From NCBI RefSeq assembly GCF_001194135.2, contig NC_068981.1:8411592-8446940 (forward strand): a stretch of DNA of 35,349 nucleotides. Direction: 5' to 3'. Positions 21,700 to 34,185 of the stretch are shown piece after piece (position 1 is the stretch's first letter; every line of letters begins with the position of its first letter). The position numbers and the translations under genes are program-made. Source of the stretch: Octopus bimaculoides (Eukaryota). The notes beneath the pieces are model-generated. The model ran no database searches, was not told where the DNA came from, and saw nothing but the letters and a program-made list of their open reading frames with translations.

Positions 21700-22330
21700 C
21701 ATTAACTGTTCGAAGAGTAAAGAAAGGGTAGCAGAGGGAGGAAATTACAGAGATATCAAAATGCTGGACGGGGTTATGAAAGCTTCGTATAACTCAATTG
21801 GTTACTGAGATGAGAAGCAGTTTGGTTCTGTGACAAGAAGTGCCACTGGTGCTGTCTTCCTGGTAATATGTCTCCAAGAAGTATTTGTCTCCTGAGACAA
21901 TGTCACGTTTCTCCTTTCCGGGACTCTGAAAGAAGACAGATGATTGGAAATATGCTGCTTGAGAGAGTTCTCAGTGCACTCCCCGTACTTCTGTGCGTGC
22001 GTGATGTTGTTGCACCTGTTGCTGTTGTTGGTGCAGCTGCTGCTGCGACTTCTACCATTTTGGCTGGTACCGTCGGTGGTGTTGTCGCTGCTGGAGTAGG
22101 GGCTGCTGCTGTTAGCGTTGCTGCTGGTCATGTTCTCGTCCCTGCACGTGCTGCCTGTGGTGCAGTCATTGTTGTTGCTGCTGGAACTGGCGTTGCTGTT
22201 GTTGCAAAGGGAGATAATCACCTAGGGTTTTACCCTTAAAAATGAGACTTTCCCCTTCCATATTTTAAAGAAGTCTCAGGCCAGCAGTGTTTGGGGTCTG
22301 AAGATATGCTATAAGGCTAAACCCCTTATG
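21700..22330 (-). mobile_element. Second Penelope-like GIY-YIG fragment
   Basis: ESLIFKGK ... QKYGECTENSLKQHISNHLSSFRVPERRN matches copy 1 KYIGSTVPPF..NNHKSSFRIPERRN. Confidence 0.75.
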
Positions 22331-22389
22331 AGCAAAAAACTCAGGGTAACCCCATAAAACGACCTATCCCACTATAATATATATATATG

Positions 22390-22738
22390 TCCTCTCAAAG
22401 GATCTTTGTCCTGCAAGTTACTTGGTGACCCTGCTGTCAGTGCAGGAGCCACTTAAAAGCATCCAGTCTACACTGTAAAGGGGTTAGCATTTGCAAGGGT
22501 ATCCAGCTGTAATGACCTTGCCAAAATTGACCTCTCTTGTACTGATGCCATGTAAAAAACACTTAGTCCACTCTGCAGAGTGGTTGGTGTTAGGAAGGGC
22601 ATCCAGTCATAAAAACCATACCAATTCAGACACAGAAGTCTGGTGCAGCTCTCCAACCTTGCCAGCTCCTGTTAAACTGTCAAACCCATACCAGCATGGA
22701 AAACAGATATTAGATGATAATGATGATGATGATGATGT
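22390..22738 (+). mobile_element. SINE-like repeat family B (long form)
   Basis: ctctcaaagg..cttgtcctgcaagttacttggtgaccc...aggaagggcatccag...aacccataccagcatgg...(gat)n. Confidence 0.85.
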
Positions 22739-23049
22739 TCCCTCACTAAGCCCTACTACCTATTTAACCAGTTATTGTCTCCTCCAGATCTGAATTTGTA
22801 ATTTAGGTTCTAATAATTAATGCCAAAAAAGTCAATATTTTAAAATTAATTTGAAACAAAAATTTAATTTTGTCAGGTTTTGCACCCAACTAGAATAAAG
22901 ACAAAGTCAGAAAATGATTTTAAAATGTCAAGAATGAAGGCTAAATAAGAATTATTTCATCACCATTAACTGCATCTGAAATGATTGTAAACTGAACCAC
23001 TGCAAGAAAACTAGAGTGAAGCCCTTGTTGAGTGAGATTGAACATGACA

Positions 23050-24135
23050 GGGATGATTACTTGGAGTTTAATAAAATATCAAACCATGTAATTGTAAGAG
23101 ATGCCATGTAGTTGGAAATGGTTAGATTTGGTTCAAAGTATTTTTAAAATCATAAATTTTGGTAAAAGCATGTGGAGACATTTGTCACTCAAAAATCGTT
23201 TATTCTTCAAATAAGAAAACAGCTTTCTGCTTTTGTTGTTTTCTATTTTCATGAAATGTCAATTGGTTTCCACTGAACAAGAAAATGGACTCAATCAGCG
23301 GAAAGCACCAGAAAAGCTTGACGCCCATGAAAAGGAAGGAAAAAAAAAATAATGCATCTTCCAGGGAAGGAAACATTTCAAGAAAGCAGAAGAACCACTG
23401 GCATAGAACACCAAACTAAAATTGCATCAGAAAATCAAAAGCGGTGAACTATTCTTCACATAGAACAATTTTTATATAAAATTTTTAGCAACTAAAATCC
23501 TTGTATTGTTTAATGACAAGGAATTTGTATAAGAGAAAACCAATTTTGGAAATGGTTTGGCATTATAAAACTGTTGCAAACTTTGATCCTGTCATGAATG
23601 AACATCACAGTCTTGTGTCAAAGAATCCTGGAAGAATATCAGATTTATTTTCATGAGTCAAGAATATATTCAACTTATGGTTTCAACTATTCAGCAGAAA
23701 TTACTAAACAGTAATTCATAAGACCAAACATTTAGGTCTTGTATTTGATTCTATTCCAAATTAAGCACATTGAAAACAAATGGTCAAAACAGTTCATCAT
23801 CATCGTTTAACGTCCGCCTTCCAAGCTAGTATGGGTTGGACGATCTGACTGAGGACTAGCGAACCAGATGGCTACACCAGGCTCCAATCTGATCTGGCAG
23901 AGTTATATAATTATCAATTTACAAAAAGAAAAAAAAGGATGTATAAGAGTTGAAATTTATTTAAATATAACAAAATGATACAGGAAAGGTTATGGAAGTA
24001 ATTTTGGAACAACTTGTAAAATACAAATTGCTATTATAAAATTGTTGATTCCAGTGCTAGGACAACACTGCAGTTATGGTGGATTATAAAAATGGTGTTC
24101 AGCGGAAGATTAATGAAGAAAGAATTGTGATGCTA
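23050..24135 (+). pseudogene. Decayed hAT transposase (ZMYM1/DUF4371-like region)
   Basis: Pieces IVYSSNKKTAFCFCCFLF, FDPVMNEH, GLVFDS (first catalytic D region) and QC*DNTAVMVDYKNGVQRKINE (second D; compare GQGYDNGANM.G...GVQ.RI); multiple frameshifts; interrupted by a SINE. Confidence 0.8.
23795..23900 (-). mobile_element. Truncated family B SINE nested in the hAT transposase
   Basis: catcatcatcgtttaacgtccgcc...gatctggcag flanked by agtt at 23791-23794 and 23901-23904. Confidence 0.85.
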
Positions 24136-24208
24136 TTTTCGTCAACTGAGATAATCATACTGCCAATTGTAAGATGTTGCACAGTTGTAAGATGTATTGA
24201 TGGTTATT

Positions 24209-24550
24209 CATCATCATCATCATCATCATCACCACCATTTGGTGCTTGTTTTCCATGCAGGCATCGGTTGGATGGTTTGACAGGAGTTGGCAAGCTGGAG
24301 GGCTGCACCAGGGGCAAATTGTCTGTTTTAGCATGGTTTCTATGATTAGATGCTCTTCCTAATGCCAACCACTATAGAGTGTATTGGATGCTTTTTACAT
24401 GGCACCAGCATTCGTGAGCTTGCAAGATGAGAACCTTTCAGCTGAGAGAGGGAGTTGAACTGAGAGATGAGAATATGATTGAGGGACAGAGGTAGGCTTC
24501 TTATTATTGAGGAGATCCTTGGCTTCCTCAACAGAGCAACTGTCTAGGTA
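24209..24550 (-). mobile_element. SINE-like repeat family B (long form, diverged)
   Basis: (cat)n...ttccatgcaggcatcggttggatggtttgacagg...gatgctcttcctaatgccaaccac. Confidence 0.8.
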
Positions 24551-24626
24551 AAATCCAGTTGTTTTAAACCTAATGAAGTTCCAGAATAGAGACTCAAAAG
24601 GTATTTCATGTTCAGATATCATTGGT

Positions 24627-24790
24627 GCAGGCATGGCTGTGTGGTAAGAATTTTGCTTCCCAACCACATGGTTCCAGGTTCAGTCCCACTGTGTGGAACC
24701 TTGGGCAAGTGTCTTTTACTATAGGCTCAGGCTGACCAAAACTTTGTGAGTTGATTTGGAAGACAGAAACTGAAAGTGGCCTATTGTCTA
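24627..24790 (+). mobile_element. tRNA-derived SINE family D
   Basis: gcaggcatggctgtgtggtaag (A-box-like), ggttcagtccc (B-box-like), ccttgggcaagtgtc core. Confidence 0.8.
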
Positions 24791-24794
24791 TACA

Positions 24795-25280
24795 TAAATA
24801 TATAGTGAGAATTTACAAAGAAACAAAAGATTAAGACGGGTGTGTAAACAACAAACAGATATATTAGTTTAATGTTCAGGAAGTGAGAAAGTCTTTTACG
24901 TTTCGAGCCTATGCTCTTCGACAGAAAGGAACACAGAAATAAAGAGAGAGAGAAAATAGAAAAAGGTTTCATGGCTAGCAATCTGTCATGGTGAATGCCG
25001 GACAGAGGTGGTCAGAGAGGAGAGCTAGGAAGAAGGGGAGATAATAAAGTAGTAGTGATCCCAAAATGAAGGTGCACGTGCATGTGTGTGTGCGTGTGGA
25101 AGGGGGCTGGTGACCTTGACGTGTGCGTGTGTGCAAGTGTAGACGTGTGGATGATGGTGTAGGTGCTGGGAAGTGATCAGTGCTAATGTGTGTGGGGTGG
25201 TGTAATGTGGTATGGTGGTGTGTGATGTGGTGGTGCTGTGGTGTGGGGGAGGCAAGAGTAGGGGCCTGTGCGTGCATGTG
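24795..25280 (-). mobile_element. Probable PLE-associated non-autonomous repeat carrying a hammerhead motif
   Basis: CpG-retaining non-SINE segment surrounding the hammerhead-like motif; PLE terminal repeats are known to carry such motifs. Boundaries approximate. Confidence 0.4.
24893..24928 (-). ncRNA. Minimal type I hammerhead ribozyme motif (PLE type)
   Basis: Minus strand cttt-CTGTCGA-a-gagc-atag-gctc-GAAA-cg-TA-aaag: 4-bp stem I, 4-bp stem II with tetraloop, loopless palindromic stem III (acgt); core differs from CUGANGA at A6 (U). Confidence 0.55.
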
Positions 25281-25344
25281 TTTGTGTGTGCACACATGAT
25301 TTTGTCTGTGTTTTTGTGTTTGTTTGTCCTCCTCCACTGCATGG

Positions 25345-25530
25345 CAACTGGTGTTTGTATGTTTATGTCCCCATACCTAAGTGGCTCAGCAAAAGTAACC
25401 AGTGGAATAAGTAGCAGGCCTTAAAAAAATAAGTTCTGGGGTTGATTGTTCAACTAAACTTCTTCAAGGCAGTGCCCCAGCATGGTCGCAGTCTAATGAT
25501 GGAAACAGGTAACAGAAAAAAGATAAAAGA
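25345..25530 (+). mobile_element. SINE family C fragment
   Basis: Homologous to 7425-7570; ends gtgccccagcatggtcgcagtc..gaaacagg. Confidence 0.65.
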
Positions 25531-26005
25531 TAGACTTCCATAAAATCAAAGTCTATTTCATTGATAAACCCACAATACTTCTTGTACAAGAGATGAAGCT
25601 GTGGGGCACATTGGCACAGCTGTTTTGGTGCCACATATTTGGCATCGCTCATTTGATGCTGCCTTCTTTGACATCAGACATTTTGTCCCTGGAACATTTT
25701 CACACAGTGAAAATTTTGCTTTTATTCTAATTAACAAGCACGTTGTAATCACAATTACTAAACTACTTGACTATCAAACTTCATTAAACTTTCTGCTTCA
25801 ATGATTACGATGGCTGGTGAAATATTGATAAATCATGGAAAAAAACAATTTTTACAAAGTTGATTTCTGTATATCTTTGATGAAATAGGAACAAGAGTGA
25901 ATTTAAATGTTGGTGCAGTGAGTAGAAGAATTGAGGAGTGTGAGGGAGAGAGAAAGAGAAAAGAGAGAGAGAAGCGTGAAGATGTAAGACCCTGATTACT
26001 GCAAA

Positions 26006-26120
<115 letters not shown>

Positions 26121-26144
26121 ATCTATCTATCCATCTGTCTATAT

Positions 26145-26320
26145 GTGTATCTGAATACACCCATTACACTCTCGGAGTGGTTGGCATTAGGAAGGGTATC
26201 CAGCCATAGAAACCATGCCAAATCAGACTGGAGTTTGGTGCAGCCCCTCAGCTTCCCAACTCTGGTTAAACCATCCAACCCATGCCAGCATGGACAACGG
26301 ACATTAAATGATGATGATGA
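26145..26320 (+). mobile_element. SINE-like repeat family B
   Basis: gagtggttggcattaggaagggtatccag...ccaacccatgccagcatgg..cggacattaaa(tga)n. Confidence 0.85.
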
Positions 26321-26419
26321 TATATTAATAACAAAGTCTGGAAAATTTGAAATATTTTTAATTCCATGTTACATGATTCATTACAATATAGGAAACATCT
26401 TATGGATAGAAACATTATT

Positions 26420-26765
<346 letters not shown>

Positions 26766-26949
26766 ATGATAATAATGGTTTCAAATTTCAGCACAATCAT
26801 TTTCTCTGATTGGATTTACTGGATTGCAACTTCAAAGGGGTCTCTACGTATTAATTTACTATGTCGTATATAATTGGGTCCACTAAAGGAGTTTTTTGCA
26901 ATTACCATACGATTATATAAATCTATATAGTGTACGTTANNNNNNNNNN

Positions 26950-27215
26950 ATTATCATCATCATCATCGTCATCATTATCATTTTTTATATCTGTTTTTCC
27001 ATGCTGTCATGGTCTGGTGAGGTCAGATATGAATCAGACAACAATTTCACAACCCAAATCAGTTTTTATTTAGAGTTCCCTTCCACCTCCTAAAGTTAGA
27101 AGCACAACATCTCACTCACACATCTCAGTTTCAGCACAGTTTCCATAGCTGGATACCCTTCCTATCACCAATCTCTTTACAGAACATATTGGTTTTCAGC
27201 ACCCGACCTAGAGAG
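26950..27215 (-). mobile_element. Diverged family B variant
   Basis: (cat)n start, tttccatgc, and later tttccatagctggatacccttcct. Confidence 0.6.
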
Positions 27216-27399
27216 GTTGTCAAGGCCTCAGATACAATAAAAACAATTCTCTCTGCCCTACAGTGTCTCTATTGAATGAATTTTTAACAATAATTATCAA
27301 CTTTAGTAGAATATAATGTTCATCTCCTTTACAGTAGCACATCTCTTTCTTCTTAACTCTCCCCTCTCTCTCTCTAGGTAACTGTTTCTGCCCTCATTC

Positions 27400-27801
27400 T
27401 TATTAACTCTCACTCTCTTTCTCCTGCTCTCTTTTCCTTCCTCTCCCTCCCTCTCTCTCTCCCTCTCTCTGGCTGGGTAACCCTGTATCTCCTCTACAGC
27501 AAGACATCTGTTTCTGCCTTTCTGTCTATCACGCTTCAACCTTTCATTATCAGACGCAATGCCCTTCCCCTCTCAAAGGTTCCTTGTCTTGCAAAGTCAC
27601 TTGGTGACCCTACTAGTGTAGGTGCCACTTAAAACGCACCCAGTCCACACTGTAAAGTGGTTGGCATCTGGAAGGGCATCCAGCTGTAAAAACCTTGCCA
27701 AAACAGACACAGAAGCATGGTGCAGACTCCCATCTGACCAGCTCCTATAAAACCATCCAACCCATGCCAGCATGGAAAGAGGACATTAAACGATGATGAT
27801 T
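27400..27801 (+). mobile_element. SINE-like repeat family B (long form with CT-rich 5' part)
   Basis: ctctcaaagg..cttgcaaagtcacttggtgaccc...ggaagggcatccagctgtaaaaacc...ggacattaaacgatgatgat. Confidence 0.85.
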
Positions 27802-28284
27802 CCAAGGAAGCTAACTTTGCAGTTTGTTTTCCCTCCTGGTTGCAGTTATTTCACTTCATTTGGCAACAAATGGGTAAAAACAGAATATTTTACAACTACC
27901 ACTCCACCTTTTCTCTAAAATCGTTACAGCTAATCATTGATGGCTCGTCAAGGCATACCATTAGAACTAATCACTCGTTAATGGATTCCACATATTTTAA
28001 CCAGGCAAATATTTGATGTCTGACAATCTATTTCTCTTGTGTATGGAATAAATATAAATGAATTTCTAGCATAAATACAAGGCAATTGTCTGACCTTTCA
28101 TGATGACCTTTCACGATTGTGATGTTGTCTATCAAGTAGTCAGTTCTATTGACTTCTGGCAATGGGGATTTGTGATGATCATGCCTTTCCAAAGAATAAC
28201 AATAAGGTTAATGAAACAGCAACATTACAGAGACTGTTGAAATAATTAATTGTTCCATCTATTGTAAATTACAAATCTGTATTC

Positions 28285-28509
28285 TTAACCTTTTCATTAC
28301 CACATTCCTGTTGGAATGTAATGTCTTTGTTTCAATTAATTTTTAAAATTTAGAAAAATTTTATAAATTCAATTTGTCATTATTTGGTTGGTGTTTGGAA
28401 CAAAACATGGAATTTTGATGAAGGTTTTAATTTAGATCACTTCCTCACATGAGGATTGTATCATAAAACCAGGAACTGTCTCAGGTAAGTTGGTATCAAA
28501 ACGGATTAA
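28285..28509. mobile_element. piggyBac-type MITE, inverted homolog of 4021-4245
   Basis: TTAA at 28285-28288 and 28506-28509; shares ttgtcattat...tggaac...atggaattttgatgaa.gtttt and ttggtatcaaaa with the reverse complement of the first copy. Confidence 0.75.
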
Positions 28510-28949
28510 AGCAGTGAAATAATTTGGATTTTATTTATATTTTTAAAAAATAATTAAAAGATAAACAAAAATAATTTGGTTTTACCAAAAGTTTTGATTA
28601 ATTATTGAAGATCAAGGTAAAATGGAAAACGGAGGTGAGAGAAATCTGTCATAGAAATTCCAAAACAGATGTAGCAGCATAGCAGACCAAATGTTATGGC
28701 AACTTTCTACAATAATTCTTTGACCTAGTCAAACATTCTGTCAAACCATCATCTTTAACCTCATCAAACATTTCATCAAACACTCGTCATTGACCCAGTC
28801 AAATATTCCGTCAATGTATTGTCTTTCACCTAAGCTATTGCTCCTCTGTAACTCATTTTTTATGCTTTTGCTGAATGTAGAGGAAGGGGGCCATGCCCAT
28901 GGCTTTGTAGGCCCTTCAAGACTGGTCGACTTGATGCCATTTATGTTCT

Positions 28950-29929
28950 ACAGTAGTCAGCTACTCTGAGAAGTCATGAGGAGGGAAAAGATTATGGAGG
29001 GAAGAAGTTCTGAGGAGAAAGGACTGTTCATTAGGGTTAGTGTGGGGCAGGGGGTGTAAGAGTGATGAGAAGTGGAGAGATGAAAATGAGTAAGAATTGC
29101 AAGAATTGTGGAGGTACAAGAGCAGCCAGCCTTGAAGAACAGAAGCAACAGAAATGGTTGAGAATGAAGACAGCAAAGATGGAGGAGTGAATGATTGCCA
29201 ATCATTTGAATATTCCATCTCTAGATGCAGTCCAAGATGGCTGTGGAGGGTGTGTAATATTAGCTCTGTCTCAGATGTAGGAGAAATATTCCATTGTGAC
29301 CCTCTCTTGTGCCTTATAGTGTGTCAGCAGTTCTAAAGAGGAAAACCAGGTTTTGAGATGCACTCCTTGTTATGTTAAGGATCTGCCTTCAGCAGGAGAG
29401 ATCTTAATGGTAATGAATCACAGTATTTGGAAGGACCCTGGGGGATGTTCATGATTAATGGAGGAATGCAACAAAGGTGTTTTCTAGATATGAATAGAGT
29501 TTTTTTTTCCCCTGTTCTGTTACAAATGAGGAGATCAGCAGAATCTCCCAAGATCTCCATTTATTAAGTTTGGTGTGTAGCATCCACGATACATGTGAAT
29601 GATACATGTTTGGGAAAAGTCAGAGGGGAATGAAAAATGATATCATCTGCTAAAAGAATGTTTTTGGATGTAGCAACAACCAGGTCATTGATGTAAGGAA
29701 TGGGGTTGGTGGGGGATGGGGGACACTAGAGTTGATTGAGAGCAAGGAAAAAAGAAATCAATGAACATATGCCACGACGCTGTAATCTGATAGGAAGATA
29801 TTGATCGAAGAGATGAGAGGTCAGCGGAAGTTGTTGATGGGAGATTCTCACACCAGACATAGTGAAAGGTTTTACTGATGTCTGGGGTAACAACATTGCT
29901 TTTACTGAACTTCTGTAGACCCAGAACTT

Positions 29930-29967
<38 letters not shown>

Positions 29968-30072
29968 TAACAGAGTAGTTGTCTTCAGTGGATCCAGTTC
30001 TGAGGAATCCATACTAATGGTCACTAAAGTGAAGAGAGAAAGAGAAATTCAAAGTGTTGGAGAATGTTATTA
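28950..30072 (-). mobile_element. Decayed CR1-clade LINE reverse transcriptase
   Basis: Minus-strand motifs in order: SDH*YGFLRTGST, DISKTFHYVW, INSSVP, YINDL..LLADD, ASQNLVFLFR, YKAQ..MEY; (GA)n inserted at about 29932-29962. Confidence 0.88.
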
Positions 30073-30075
30073 TTA

Positions 30076-30225
30076 ATGCCAGTGCTGGTGACATGTAAAA
30101 AGTATCCAGTCCACTCTTATAGAGTCCAGTCCACTCTTATAGAGCCCAGTCCACTCTATAAGGTGATTTGTCTGAGAAAGGACATTGAGCCATAAGAACC
30201 ATGCCAAAACAGACAGTGGAGCATG
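30076..30225 (+). mobile_element. Family B SINE fragment with an internal 20-bp triplication
   Basis: ccagtccactcttatagag starts at 30106, 30126 and 30146; followed by aaccatgccaaaacagac. Confidence 0.75.
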
Positions 30226-30610
30226 ATGCACACACACACACTCACACTCACTCACACTCATACACACTCACATACACACATACACACACTCTCTCTCTTA
30301 CACACACACACACTCACACTCACTCACACGCACACTCACACGCACATACGCACTCACATACACACACTCTCTCTCTTACACACACACACTCACACACACA
30401 CTCACACACTTACTCATACATTCACTGACACACACACACTCACACTCACTCACACGCACTCACACACTCACATACACACATACACACACTCTCTCTCTTA
30501 CACACCCACACACTCACACTCACTCACATGCACATACACACTCACATACACACATACACACACTCTCTCTCTTACACACACACACTCACACACACTCACA
30601 CACACGTATA
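30225..30610. repeat. (CA)/(CACT)/(CT) compound microsatellite
   Basis: Seen directly. Confidence 0.95.
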
Positions 30611-30896
30611 TCTACCCCTTCACTGTTATCCTTTGTTGAAATGTTTGATAAACAGAAACCAACAAAGCTGAAACTGAATTTCAAAACACAATTCTGTGAC
30701 TTCCAAGTTTCTGTGATGCTACGCATGAGCCATTCTCAAAGGCTCAAAGACACACCAAACTCAGCCGACCGTGACATTTCATTGACATTTCCAAGTTTTA
30801 ACTCCAGAATTAAATTCTCTTCTTGGATTTTCGATATTCAAATTGAAATCTCTAAATGGAGAAATGTTTAATATGGAAATTTCAATGATTCCATAT

Positions 30897-31407
30897 GTTA
30901 TCACCATCATCATCATCATCATCAGTACCAACACCACTGCAACCCCCCACCCCACTATCATCATCACCACCAACACCATGAATACCATCACCTCCACAAC
31001 TACAATCACTACCACCACCACCACCACTACTACAACCCCCACCTCCACCACCAATATTACTACCATTATCATCACTACAACTACAACCACAATCACCACC
31101 ACTGCGACGACGACAACGACAGCAACTAACGTAATTACTGTCTCATCATCATCGCTAGTAACAACAACAACAACAGCAACACTAAGCACAACAACAACGG
31201 CGACATTAACATTATCAATAAGTTATCATCATCGTCATCAAAATCCTAACTACCACCACTACCACCACCATCACCACCACCACCACCACCACTGCCACCA
31301 CCGCCATCATCACCATCACCATTATCATTATCAACATCATGATCAATAAATGCCATCACCGTGATCAATATCACGACGTCGACGACGACCACCACCACCA
31401 CAACTAC

Positions 31408-31466
<59 letters not shown>

Positions 31467-32226
31467 CCATCACCATTATCATCAACATCATGATGAATAA
31501 ATGCCATCATCGTCNNNNNNNNNNNNNNNNNNNNNNNNNNNNNNNNNNNNNNNNNNNNNNNNNNNNNNNNNNNNNNNNNNNNNNNNNNNNNNNNNNNNNN
31601 NNNNNNNNNNNNNNNNNNNNNNNNNNNNNNNNNNNNNNNNNNNNNNNNNNNNNNNNNNNNNNNNNNNNNNNNNNNNNNNNNNNNNNNNNNNNNNNNNNNN
31701 NNNNNNNNNNNNNNNNNNNNNNNNNNNNNNNNNNNNNNNNNNNNNNNNNNNNNNNNNNNNNNNNNNNNNNNNNNNNNNNNNNNNNNNNNNNNNNNNNNNN
31801 NNNNNNNNNNNNNNNNNNNNNNNNNNNNNNNNNNNNNNNNNNNNNNNNNNNNNNNNNNNNNNNNNNNNNNNNNNNNNNNNNNNNNNNNNNNNNNNNNNNN
31901 NNNNNNNNNNNNNNNNNNNNNNNNNNNNNNNNNNNNNNNNNNNNNNNNNNNNNNNNNNNNNNNNNNNNNNNNNNNNNNNNNNNNNNNNNNNNNNNNNNNN
32001 NNNNNNNNNNNNNNNNNNNNNNNNNNNNNNNNNNNNNNNNNNNNNNNNNNNNNNNNNNNNNNNNNNNNNNNNNNNNNNNNNNNNNNNNNNNNNNNNNNNN
32101 NNNNNNNNNNNNNNNNNNNNNNNNNNNNNNNNNNNNNNNNNNNNNNNNNNNNNNNNNNNNNNCCACCACCACCACCACCACCACAACCCCCACCACCACC
32201 CCACCACCACAACCACCACCACCACT
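30897..32226. repeat. Degenerate (CAT/CAC/ACC/ACA)n triplet field flanking a gap
   Basis: Seen directly at 30897-31514 and 32163-32226. Confidence 0.9.
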
Positions 32227-33120
32227 CTCTAATGTTATGCAACTCTGACCTTTCACCATTCTTCAGTAAAGCAGGTTGAAATGTCAACAAGCGTTAAGTC
32301 TTATAATTGTCTTACAACAGACTAATTTCCAAACTGGTTCCATGCACACAATTGGTTCCATCACAGACAACTATTTCCAAGTAGGAATGTCTTTTAGACT
32401 CGTCTTTCACATCTTCTCATTCGACTTTCGATTACCAAACTCAGCACCACAGCTTACAGTTTTATATTCCTGCAAAAATAGATGCATTCTACCTGTTATT
32501 ACAGCATCTCTTGTCGTTATTGTTGTAGTTGATATTGTTGTTCATGATGTTCCTGTCATTGCTTTGTTGTTGTTGTTGTGGTGGTGTAAATAACAGTAGA
32601 GGTGTGTGTGTGCATGTGTGCATCTGCAAGAGAGAGAGAGAGAGAAAGAGAGGGAGATGGATAGAAATTGAATGTATATTTGGAGGAAAGAGTGACATAA
32701 ACAATGACTTCTTTCCCTGACTAGTAAGCTGGATGTGACCAATGTCCAGCCTGAATAACTTCAGGATGTTGGTTATAGGTGGGGGACATGACTATGGTCA
32801 AATTGAGATAAAATTCCATTGAGATTTGAGCACTATGTCCTGTATGACAGAAACACACATCATTAGTCTATGACATGTTATACCAAAAATGTCACTAGAC
32901 TATGACATATTATGTAAGTCTTAGCATTAGTATATGACGTATCATACTTTTGTCTATGATATTTCATAACATGGTGGTTCTCAATCTGACTAACACCAGC
33001 AGTTCTCCACCCAAATATTAGTATTTTTCTTACCCACCTCTCTTTATTACTGGCAAAACAAACAAAATTTGCTTTTGTTTAATATTTCTTTTCTTTGTTA
33101 TAATGGTGGACAAGATCAAA

Positions 33121-33325
33121 ATATTGGTTTCAAATTTTGGCACAAGGCCATCAAATTTTTTTGTGGGTTGGGTGGGTGGGGATAAGTCAATTACATCAAC
33201 CCCAGTACTCAACTGGTACTTATTTTGTTGACCCCAAAATCATGAAGGGCAAAGTTGACCTCAGTGGAATTTGAACTCAGAACATAAAGACTGATGAAAT
33301 GCCATGAATGCTAACACTTCTGCCA
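33121..33325 (-). mobile_element. tRNA-derived SINE family A
   Basis: caactggtacttattttgttgacccc...gggcaaagttgacctcagtggaatttgaactcagaac. Confidence 0.85.
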
Positions 33326-33800
33326 TCTCACTACTGCTCAGCATCTTGCACACGCAGTGGGATTGAACCCAGAACCATGCAGTTGGGAAGCACAGTCAAA
33401 CCTGTGCCATTGCTTGCAAAAATTTCAAAACAGAAAACAAAGAGGATTCCTGTGAAATCTTCAAGAATTTCTGGGGTTGTTTGGAATTCAAAAATTTTTA
33501 CCAATTATTTAGAGAAATAGCTTTGAAATTTCTTTTGTTGTTGTTGCTGTTGCTTTTTAAGTTTATTCAAAGGAAGGATGTCAGCATATTTGACCCTTTT
33601 TTATGGGCTTTTTGAGACTAGTGGAAAGCAGGACAGCAACCTTGACATACTTCAGAGCCTTAGACTGGTGAGAGGGATAGTAGCCCCCACCCCGTCACCA
33701 CCCCACAAGAATGACACTACATTCAATCTCTTTCTCATATCCTGATCCCACCCTGAAAATGGTGGAAGGAAGAAACTTATCCTCAAATTAGAATCTAATG

Positions 33801-34185
33801 CAGTGATTCTCAGCCATTTTCCACCCCTGGACCCCTTTGATTCCTGTTTTACTTGGGTGGACCCTCATAACCATTCTATGTTTGAAAAATTCGATTTTGT
33901 TTTTTTAATTAAATATCATCAGAAATTGTTTTAAAGAAATTCTTAAAACATTTTGTGCATAGAAGTAGAAGCAGGTCATTGCGGGTAAATTTTAAGAACT
34001 GAATCTTGTATGGAGCCCCAATGATCCTATGAGGCCCCAACGACCCGATGGAGCCCCAATGATCCTATGGATCCCCAACGATCCTATGGGGCCCCAACGG
34101 TCCTATGGAGCCCTAACGATCCTATGGGGCCCCAACGATCCTATGGACCTCCAAGAGCCATATGAACCCCACTTGAGAACCAGTG
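33801..34185. mobile_element. hAT (Charlie-like) MITE with internal 19-bp minisatellite
   Basis: Ends cagtgattctcag ... ttgagaaccagtg (degenerate TIR); unit atggagccccaacgatcct starts every 19 bp from 34010 to 34162; no clean 8-bp TSD. Confidence 0.7.

Noticed and set aside
25558-25804. Short ORFs on both strands, including ERCQICG
   Set aside because: Weak splice sites, no family match; a lone CxxC is not enough.
30843-31349. Thr/His-rich mucin-like ORF
   Set aside because: Degenerate triplet repeat open in multiple frames on both strands; no signal peptide or splice support.
32240-32278. Minus-strand ctgaaga-atggt-gaaa-gg-tc as a hammerhead
   Set aside because: Stems I and III do not pair.
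34010-34170. Regular 19-bp array (and the 20-bp array at 13709-13867) as CRISPR
   Set aside because: Head-to-tail units without unique spacers, eukaryotic context, no cas genes.
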